Assembly (NCBI GenBank): GCA_046290225.1 | Contig: JBKAGE010000077.1 | Coordinates: 106,313 to 170,312 of the forward strand | From: Bradymonadia bacterium | GTDB lineage: Bacteria; Myxococcota_A; Bradymonadia; UBA7976; UBA1532 | Reading direction: 5' to 3' | DNA: 64,000 nt | Shown here: positions 56,695 through 64,000 of the stretch, piece by piece | Layout: every line of letters starts with the position of its first letter | How positions within the stretch are numbered: position 1 is the first letter of the stretch | Translations under genes and position numbers: made by a program | Notes under the pieces: generated by a model | Database searches by the model: none | Told to the model about the DNA's origin: nothing | What the model saw: only the letters and a program-made list of their open reading frames with translations

Positions 56695-57519
56695 ATGCAG
56701 TCGACCATCGTCCTCGTGGAGGACAGCCGGACCGTGCAGCGCATGGTTCAGATCGCGCTGGCCAAGCAGAACCTCAACATCGTGATGGCGAAAGACGCTC
56801 AGGGCGCCCTGAGCCTCGTACGTGATCACAGCCCTGCGGCGGCCCTGGTCGACGCAGCCCTTGGGGGTACCGACGGGTATGCACTGTGCCAGCAGATCAA
56901 GGCCCAGCACCCTGGGGCCAAGGTGATCCTGCTCACCGGCGACAGCGCCCCCTACGACACCGCTCGCGGTGCACAGGTCGGCGTTGACGGTCACGTGGTG
57001 AAGCCCTTCATCACGCAAGATCTCATCGACACGGTGCTCACGGCCATCACCGGGCAGCCCGATCCCGACGGCCGCCTGTTCCGCGCCCAGTTCGAGGCGA
57101 TCCCCCTGGCCCGCGGCGGCAGCACCCGCTCCGTCCGCACCGGCAGCATGCCGGCCCAGGCGCCCCAGAGCTCGCCCACGCCGGCACCGGCCACCCGCAA
57201 GCCCGCGCCGCCGTCACCGCCGCCTGCGCCGGCCCCTGCGCCCCCCGCACCGGCGCCGGCCCCTGCGCCACCAACGATCAAGCCCACCCCTGCTCCGCCA
57301 GCGCCTCCGACGCCCGCGCCGAGCAACATGGCCAACGCTGTGGCTGCAGCCACTGATCGCGTACAGGGTGATCCTCAGCTCGCGAACGCCCTCGCCGGCG
57401 TCTCCCGCGAGGTCATCGAGCGGGTGGTCTGGGAGGTCGTGCCCCCACTGGCCGAGGCCATCCTCAAAGAAGAGATCGCCCGCTTGATCCGTGAGCGTAT
57501 GGGCGGCGTCCCTCTCTGA
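56695..57519 (+). CDS. romR: RomR-like response regulator (receiver, Pro-rich linker, conserved C-terminus)
   Basis: Receiver domain and SREVIERVVWEVVPPLAEAILKEEI tail characteristic of RomR. Confidence 0.75.
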   Translation: MQSTIVLVEDSRTVQRMVQIALAKQNLNIVMAKDAQGALSLVRDHSPAAALVDAALGGTDGYALCQQIKAQHPGAKVILLTGDSAPYDTARGAQVGVDGHVVKPFITQDLIDTVLTAITGQPDPDGRLFRAQFEAIPLARGGSTRSVRTGSMPAQAPQSSPTPAPATRKPAPPSPPPAPAPAPPAPAPAPAPPTIKPTPAPPAPPTPAPSNMANAVAAATDRVQGDPQLANALAGVSREVIERVVWEVVPPLAEAILKEEIARLIRERMGGVPL

Positions 57520-57520
57520 T

Positions 57521-59137
57521 ATGCGTCCAGGCCCAACCTGCCTTCGACACCTCTCGCCCCTGATCTTTGCAGCCCTTTCCTGGAGCTGTCAGTCCCCTGC
57601 GCCATCGAATCGAAGCCCTGCACCTGCCGCGGCGGCAGATGCCAGCGCCAGACAGGCCGACGCCCGAACTGTTGACGCAGCACGCCCAAAGACCACGGCC
57701 CCTGAAATGCCGGCCACGTCGCCCAAACCTGCGCCACCAGAGGCGCCCCCCTCGGAGAAACAGCCCCCAGCCCCCAGAGTGCAGGTCTACAGTGGGCCCT
57801 TCGAAGCCCCTGAAACGCTCCTGAGCAAGGCGGTCGAGGGCCTCACTCTCGATCGAGCCGCGAGCACGCCCTGTACTGATCGAGCGGGTACGGCCAGATG
57901 GATGTTCACCCACGCTCTGGGGCGCACCGAGCTCGAGCAGCGATGTCGAAAGGGCGAAGTCCGATCTGCCCGCATCCACCTTGCGGCCCAGCCCGAGCTC
58001 AGCGCGCGCCTCACACCCACATCCATGGATCTCGACCAGCGTACAGGTCAGGCCGACAGCCCCTGGATCGCCCTCTGCGAGAAGCGCCGGTGCAAGCCCG
58101 CCGCCGACCAGGCTTCTTCAGGGCGCTGGACCCTGCAGATGGTGAACTCGCGCGCCTTTCGCACCAGGCTCGCAGCCTTCTTCGAGGCTCACCCCCTGCC
58201 CCTTCTGCCCGAACCCTCGTCCACCCCACTGCCTTTGTATGCTCAGGGCAGCGCGCCGGGGCCCCTGATCTATTTCGACGACAAAGGCCATCACCGCCTC
58301 ACGCTCGATGGCACAGCGGCTGAACGCCTTGAGGGCCTGAGTAACAACGCAACTGACCTGAACGTCCGCCGGGGTCGAGCGTGGGGACGCAGCACGCTGT
58401 CGCCTGATCATCGCACCCTGGCTCACGTCGACGCCAAAGGGCTGCACTGGGTCGACGTACAGCAGAGCCCACCGACCATCTCTCCATTTCTGCCACCTGA
58501 TCAAACACCGCTGATTCACAGCTGGTCGCCCTCCGGACGCCATCTGCTGGCCTTCGTGCGCAAGGGCAAGCAAGCCTTCGTCGGCGCGCCGGGCAAGTCT
58601 TCACCTGTGGCCACCTTCGAGGGTTATGGGTTGCTGCTCGGGTGGTTCGATGACGACCACCTGCTCGATCAGCAGGCCGCAGGTGAGGGCGTGAAGCTGT
58701 TCAAGCGCCCCCTCGATGGCGGGCCGACGACAGAGATCCTGAGCCTCGAGCGCGGAGGGCTCGTGTACCGCGCCGATGTAAGACAGGGCACCCTGGTCTA
58801 TGCCCGGCAACGCGGTCTCGTCGCCCTGCGCCTCGCCGAAGGCACTTCGAAGGTCCTGGGCACCCGACAACACTATGCCCTGACATGGTTCGCCCTCTCC
58901 CCTGATGGGTCGAAGCTGCTGGCCCGCCCTACCCAAGCGGGCGAGATGCACGTCATCGACACCTCAACAGCAGAGGTCCTGCACCGTATCGACGCCCAGG
59001 GTGATTGGGCGGGTTGGTACAGCAACGACGCTGTGCTGGTGGGGCGACGGCCCAAAGGGCTCGCCGTGATCACCCTCGACGGTCGCCGCCTCGACATCGA
59101 AGACGCCGGCTATGTAGGCGTGACGAGCGCAGACTGA
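57521..59137 (+). CDS. Lipoprotein with TolB/WD40-like beta-propeller
   Basis: Lipobox-like SWSC; LSPD, WSPSG, LSPDG repeats. Confidence 0.65.
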   Translation: MRPGPTCLRHLSPLIFAALSWSCQSPAPSNRSPAPAAAADASARQADARTVDAARPKTTAPEMPATSPKPAPPEAPPSEKQPPAPRVQVYSGPFEAPETLLSKAVEGLTLDRAASTPCTDRAGTARWMFTHALGRTELEQRCRKGEVRSARIHLAAQPELSARLTPTSMDLDQRTGQADSPWIALCEKRRCKPAADQASSGRWTLQMVNSRAFRTRLAAFFEAHPLPLLPEPSSTPLPLYAQGSAPGPLIYFDDKGHHRLTLDGTAAERLEGLSNNATDLNVRRGRAWGRSTLSPDHRTLAHVDAKGLHWVDVQQSPPTISPFLPPDQTPLIHSWSPSGRHLLAFVRKGKQAFVGAPGKSSPVATFEGYGLLLGWFDDDHLLDQQAAGEGVKLFKRPLDGGPTTEILSLERGGLVYRADVRQGTLVYARQRGLVALRLAEGTSKVLGTRQHYALTWFALSPDGSKLLARPTQAGEMHVIDTSTAEVLHRIDAQGDWAGWYSNDAVLVGRRPKGLAVITLDGRRLDIEDAGYVGVTSAD

Positions 59138-59140
59138 CCC

Positions 59141-59938
59141 TCAGCGTGGCTGCATGCCCATGGCCATGAGATCGAGGCGGGTGCGGCTCACGTGCCCCCG
59201 AGCGAGGCAGGCCAGGTCGGAGTGATCGGGGTTCGACACCGTGTGACGCTCTGCGGGGAACGAGAACCGGTAATGCCCCGCTGAGTCCTGGGCGAAGATG
59301 CTCCTCAGCTGCACCAGGGCCGGCACGGTATCTTCCATGGGGGCCTCGTGGCTCACCCCTGGGGGGAAGTTCACGTTGTGCACCACGGGCATGGGGCGCA
59401 GGCCGATGCCCACCCCCTCGTCGATGACCTCGCCCGTGATCCGTGCGGCGTGGGCCGCAGCAGCCTGCAGGGCGTGCTTCACCTCGCCCTCCACCCTGCC
59501 GTTGGCCCGCTTGATCTCCTCAAAGCGGTGAGGCGGCAGTTGCAGCGAAAACGCCACTGAGGGGATCCCCCACAACGCCCCTTCGACGGCACCGGCCACA
59601 GTGCCCGAGCTCAAGATCAGCTGCACCGTGGCGTTGAACCCGAGGTTGATGCCCGAGACCACGACGTCGGGCTGTCTGGGCACGAGGTGGCCGAGGGCGA
59701 TGTTCACACAGTCGGCCGGCGTGCCGTCGATGGCCCACGCTCGATCGCCGAGGCCTTCCACCTCGCGGGTGGACACGGGCCTGCCGCGGCTCACCGCACG
59801 GCCGATCCAACTCTGCTCGTTGGCCGGGGCGGCCACCCAGACGGTGTAGACCCCCTGCAGGGCCTCGACGAGCACCCGCAGGAACTCTGAATCCACCCCA
59901 TCATCATTGGTGACCAGGGCCACCAGACGCTCGCTCAT
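59141..59938 (-). CDS. surE: 5'/3'-nucleotidase SurE
   Basis: LVTNDDG, GTPADCV, SGINLG, SGTVAGA. Confidence 0.93.
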   Translation of the reverse strand: MSERLVALVTNDDGVDSEFLRVLVEALQGVYTVWVAAPANEQSWIGRAVSRGRPVSTREVEGLGDRAWAIDGTPADCVNIALGHLVPRQPDVVVSGINLGFNATVQLILSSGTVAGAVEGALWGIPSVAFSLQLPPHRFEEIKRANGRVEGEVKHALQAAAAHAARITGEVIDEGVGIGLRPMPVVHNVNFPPGVSHEAPMEDTVPALVQLRSIFAQDSAGHYRFSFPAERHTVSNPDHSDLACLARGHVSRTRLDLMAMGMQPR

Positions 59939-60124
59939 CTCGCTCTCCTTGTGGGGTCGACCACCGCACATGTGAGGTGTCAACCGCGCTTGTCACCTCA
60001 AACTGTCACTGTCGTCGCCGTTGGACAACCTTCGCCGAGATCCGGGGCATTCTGGGGGCTCAAGTCATTGGTATGGCCATTGCGACACTGACCTCACGAG
60101 CAACACGTGATGGAGGAGACGCCG

Positions 60125-61741
60125 ATGAGACCCCCGATGCGGGCCTGGACGCTGATGTTGAGCCTCGGGGTGCTGATCACCCTGTCTGCTCAGGCGCCGG
60201 CTCAGATTTGTGAAGATCCGGAAGAGGTGCAGGAGGCCCTGCAATATCTGCGACGCCTCACCCTCGATTTGCGGGGTCGCGTGCCCACCGTGGAAGAGAT
60301 GCAGGCGGTCATCGACACCGGCGAGGTCTCGGAGACGACCATCGACGAGATGCTTGAGAGCGATGATTTTCTGCACCAGCTGACCGAGTTCCACCGCGAT
60401 CTGTTGTGGGCGAACATCAGCAACGTCCGGCTCACCAACAACACCTTCGTGCTCAACACCCAGCGCATCGGCGACAGCAACATTCTGGCCCTCGCCAATC
60501 CAGGTCGCGCTACCCGCTGGCGTGGCGCCGCGGTGCCCTGCCTCGACGAGCCTGCGCGCTTCGACGATGAGGGCAACATCCTCACCACCGAGAGCCCGAA
60601 CCCGCAAAACCCCAACCAGACCATTCGTCAGGAGGGCTGGGTCGAGGTGGCCCCCTTCTGGAATCCGAATCAGCCGGTACGGGTCTGCGCCTTCGACGCC
60701 CAGGAGAACCTCACGGGCACCGTCAATGGCCGGCGTCAGGTCAACTGCGCCGCGAGCGCACAATCACTTGAGTGCGGCTGCGGGCCCAACCTGCAGTTCT
60801 GTCACACCCGGGCCACCATCAACACAGTGGTGGACGCCCTCAACACCCAAATGCTGCGCACCGCCGAGCGCGTGGTGGCGCAAGACCGGCCCTACACCGA
60901 CCTGCTGTTGAGTCGGGACATCGAAGTAAACGGCCCTGTAGCCCACTACTTCAGGTATCAGAGCCTGACCGCCACGAACATCCTCGCCGCCTCACCAGAC
61001 TCAGGCTATGAGCTGCCCCAGCAGCCCTACACCGACGCCACCTGGACCACCGTCGAGGGCGACGAGGCGCACTCCGGCGTGCTCACCTTGCCGGGCTTCC
61101 TGCTGCGATTTCAGTCCAACCGTGGCCGAGCCAACCAGTTCTACAACGCCTTCCTGTGTCAGCCCTTCCAGGCACCCGAGGGCGGCTTGCCGGCCTCTGA
61201 CGATCCGTGCAACTCGGAGCCCGATCTGGTCTTCCGATGTGGCTGCAACTACTGCCACGGCACCCTCGAGCCCGCCTCAGCGCACTGGGGCCGCTGGTCC
61301 GAGGCGGGGCTGATGCCCCTGCGCCCGGAGACGTTCCCCCGATACAACCCCGACTGTGACGATCCCCAGCTGGCGGCCCGCAACCCCTTGTGCAACCGCT
61401 TCTACCTCGTCGAGGCCAACCACGAGAAGGAGGAGGCCTATACCGGCCAGCTGCTCTCGTACGTCTTCGCCGACGATCACGCCGAGCGAGAGGGCAACAT
61501 CGAAGAGGGCCCCCGCAAGCTCGCGGAGGCTGCTGTGAACGGCGGCTTCTTCGGTCGCTGCATGGCCGAGCGTCAGTGGACGACGGTCATGGGCCGGGCG
61601 CCCACCGACGCCGAAGATGAGATCCTCGATGATCTCGCGAGCACCTTCGCCGGCGAGGGCTACAACTTCAAAGCACTGGTCAAGGCCCTGGTGACACGGC
61701 CTGAGTATGTGGCCGCAGGCCGCTTCGGGGAGGTGGACTGA
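60125..61741 (+). CDS. DUF1549/DUF1585/DUF1588-like secreted protein with CxxCH
   Basis: YLRRLTLDLRGRVPT, HSGVLT, CNYCH, FKALVKALV. Confidence 0.75.
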   Translation: MRPPMRAWTLMLSLGVLITLSAQAPAQICEDPEEVQEALQYLRRLTLDLRGRVPTVEEMQAVIDTGEVSETTIDEMLESDDFLHQLTEFHRDLLWANISNVRLTNNTFVLNTQRIGDSNILALANPGRATRWRGAAVPCLDEPARFDDEGNILTTESPNPQNPNQTIRQEGWVEVAPFWNPNQPVRVCAFDAQENLTGTVNGRRQVNCAASAQSLECGCGPNLQFCHTRATINTVVDALNTQMLRTAERVVAQDRPYTDLLLSRDIEVNGPVAHYFRYQSLTATNILAASPDSGYELPQQPYTDATWTTVEGDEAHSGVLTLPGFLLRFQSNRGRANQFYNAFLCQPFQAPEGGLPASDDPCNSEPDLVFRCGCNYCHGTLEPASAHWGRWSEAGLMPLRPETFPRYNPDCDDPQLAARNPLCNRFYLVEANHEKEEAYTGQLLSYVFADDHAEREGNIEEGPRKLAEAAVNGGFFGRCMAERQWTTVMGRAPTDAEDEILDDLASTFAGEGYNFKALVKALVTRPEYVAAGRFGEVD

Positions 61742-62505
61742 TGTACGCCATGATCAAACGACTGACTGTGATGTGGGCTGTCTCGGCCCTGTGTATGGCT
61801 TGTGGTGACGACTCGGGCACCTCTGATCCCGGCGTCTCTCCTGGCGGCAACGGCGGCAGCGGCGGTGTCACGGGTGGCGCCGGTGGTGAAGCCGGCGCTG
61901 GCGGTGAAGCAGGCGCGGGCGGCGCTGGGGCCATGGGTGGTTCCGGTGGCGTCGGTGGCGAAGCGGGAGCAGGCGGAGAAGGCGGCGCGGGTGGCGAAGG
62001 TGGCGCTGGCGGTGAGCCTGTGGCCCCGGCAGAGGGCCGCTCAGCCAGGCGCATGACCGTCGATCAGCTACAGCGCAGCGTGCCCCAGCTCTTCGGTGGC
62101 CTCACGTGGTCGATCACCAACAACGGGCGCAACGTCGATCTCTTCGACACCCTCTCCCGATCCCTCGGCGAGGCGGACTACATCGAGGTGGTCACCCCCA
62201 ACACCGAGCCCACGCCGCTGTTCCACAAGTTCATGGACGACATGGCCGCTCAGCTCTGCCGGCAGGCCATCGGCCAGCAAGTCGAGCTGCTCGCGCCCCA
62301 TGGCGACGATCTCGACGCCAACCTGCGGTTCATGCGGCTGAAGTTCCACGGCATCTACGTACCTGAAGGCACCACTCCGGAAGACGACGGCCTCGCCGAT
62401 TACCGGCAGCTGTTCCAGGACATCGCCGCCGACGCTCGCCCTGAAGACGCCCTCCTTGGGGTGTGCATGGCCTTCGTCACTGCCCCTGAATTCATGGCGT
62501 ACTGA
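61741..62505 (+). CDS. Gly-rich lipoprotein
   Basis: Lipobox CMAC, GGEAGA repeats, RRMTVDQL. Confidence 0.7.
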   Translation: MYAMIKRLTVMWAVSALCMACGDDSGTSDPGVSPGGNGGSGGVTGGAGGEAGAGGEAGAGGAGAMGGSGGVGGEAGAGGEGGAGGEGGAGGEPVAPAEGRSARRMTVDQLQRSVPQLFGGLTWSITNNGRNVDLFDTLSRSLGEADYIEVVTPNTEPTPLFHKFMDDMAAQLCRQAIGQQVELLAPHGDDLDANLRFMRLKFHGIYVPEGTTPEDDGLADYRQLFQDIAADARPEDALLGVCMAFVTAPEFMAY

Positions 62506-62515
62506 GGAGGACCCG

Positions 62516-63883
62516 ATGAAGACCGATCAAAAGACGACCGATCTGAACAGGCGGGGCTTCCTGAGGCTCACCGCCGGTGCTGCCGCCGGCGCCTCTGCCC
62601 TGGTGATGGGCCCGAGCCTGATGCCCTCGAAGGCCCGGGCCCAGGGCGCCGACAACCACCGCTTCATCTTCTGTGCCTTCGACGGCGGCTGGGATCACCT
62701 GCTCAGCCTCGATCCGCGAGATCCGGACGTGTTCACCGAGGCCCGCAGCCAGGAGACGCTGATCCAACTGGCCTGGGACCGCCTCGCCGCCCAATTCCAG
62801 ACGGGCCTGATCACCCCCGGCGGCTCGAACATCAGCTTCGGCCCCGCCATCGGTGACTTCGCCCGCCACTTCGACGTGTCCTGCGTGGTCCGCGGCGTGT
62901 CCATGGACACGCTCACCCACCAGGTGGGCATGCGCTACATGAACACGGGACAGCTGCCCGCAGGCCTGCAAGCCACCGGCAGCTCCATCGCCACACGTAT
63001 CATCGCCCAGCAGGGCGAGCTGCTGCCGGTGCCCAACCTCGTCTCTCGCTTCGAGACCTACAACAATGCCTACCCACAGTTCGCCTCGGGTCTGTCGGTG
63101 AACGGCGCCGGCGATCTGGTGCTCACGCTCCGGGACTTCCCCTCGGCGCCGAGCCCGGTCATCCGCAACCATCTCGAGGCCTACCGCAGCCGCAATGGGC
63201 AGTGTGATCCCGCCCAACTGGACCGCGGTGGCATCTTCGGTCTGATCCGCGGCTCGATGTCGAAGGCTCGGGAGATGGTGGAGAGTGATCTGGCGGGCTA
63301 CTTCGACTTCGCGGGCGACTCACAAGAGATCGTCGAGCTGCGAGATCGATATGGCATCTCTCCCCAGGGCCTCAGCGGCGCCACCCCGGCGGAGCAGGCG
63401 GCCACGGCCTACCAGGCCCTCAAGCACGGGGTCTCTCAGTGCGTGAGCATGGCCCTGGTGAACGGCCTGGACACCCACGACGACACCTGGGCGGCCTCTC
63501 AAGCGGAGACCCAACAACTGGGCTTCAACGCCCTGGCGCAGCTGGTGGACGATCTCAAGGCCGACGGCACCCTGGCCCACACCACCATCGTGGTCTTCAG
63601 CGAGTTCGGCCGCACGGCCATGCTCAACAATCGCGAAGGTCGAGATCACGGCCTGTCGAACAGCATCCTGCTCATCGGCGCCGGCGTACCCCACAACCGC
63701 GTAATCGGTGGCACGAACGACGTGGGCCTGAGCCCTCTGTCCATCGATCCGAACACGGGCGCGACGATCTCTGGTGAGGGGACGCGATTGACGCCGGGCA
63801 ATGTACTGGCCTCGGTGATGCAGTCGAACGGTTACGATGGCAGCAGCTTGCGTGCTGATCCCTTGCCCTGCCTGCTCACCTGA
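62516..63883 (+). CDS. DUF1501 Tat-exported protein
   Basis: NRRGFL signal, GGWD, LDTHD, SEFGRT, GRDH. Confidence 0.85.
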   Translation: MKTDQKTTDLNRRGFLRLTAGAAAGASALVMGPSLMPSKARAQGADNHRFIFCAFDGGWDHLLSLDPRDPDVFTEARSQETLIQLAWDRLAAQFQTGLITPGGSNISFGPAIGDFARHFDVSCVVRGVSMDTLTHQVGMRYMNTGQLPAGLQATGSSIATRIIAQQGELLPVPNLVSRFETYNNAYPQFASGLSVNGAGDLVLTLRDFPSAPSPVIRNHLEAYRSRNGQCDPAQLDRGGIFGLIRGSMSKAREMVESDLAGYFDFAGDSQEIVELRDRYGISPQGLSGATPAEQAATAYQALKHGVSQCVSMALVNGLDTHDDTWAASQAETQQLGFNALAQLVDDLKADGTLAHTTIVVFSEFGRTAMLNNREGRDHGLSNSILLIGAGVPHNRVIGGTNDVGLSPLSIDPNTGATISGEGTRLTPGNVLASVMQSNGYDGSSLRADPLPCLLT

Positions 63884-64000
63884 TTTCAGGAAGAGAGTTT
63901 GTCGGGCACGGACTCTCTATCAATTCGCAACCCCCCTTTTGAGGGTAGGTTTTGTGGTGTAGCGGAGGACAAGCCAAACCAGGACAACTCTTGGAGGTGC

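Overview
GC-rich bacterial chromosomal DNA, most consistent with Myxococcota: it carries a RomR-type response regulator, a tandem ArsA/GET3-like ATPase pair, a DUF1585/DUF1588-like plus DUF1501 cluster and many Gly/Pro-rich lipoproteins. About 48 genes are supported. They include housekeeping genes (tmcA, serB, surE, nupC, a SpoU-type methyltransferase) and two MMPL transporters. There is also a collagen-fibre/tail-collar/GNAT operon and a ~16 kb ROK-regulated beta-1,3-glucan locus (giant multi-module GH16, second GH16, GH1, a GH2-like TIM-barrel/beta-barrel fusion, no SusC/D visible). The most striking non-coding signals are two. (1) At 45.9-46.3 kb, a sigma70-like promoter, a 26-codon leader ORF with tandem Trp codons, alternative antiterminator/terminator helices and then a structurally non-canonical tRNA-Trp(CCA), which looks like a Trp attenuator controlling a tRNA. 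(2) Four copies of a ~185 bp structured element in two inverted pairs (0.7-1.5 kb and 47.7-48.2 kb), whose variable positions are compensatory GNA/GNNA mini-hairpins; one pair brackets a frameshifted four-helix-bundle (IVP/Avd-like) gene. All family calls are from motif recognition by eye; no database searches were run.
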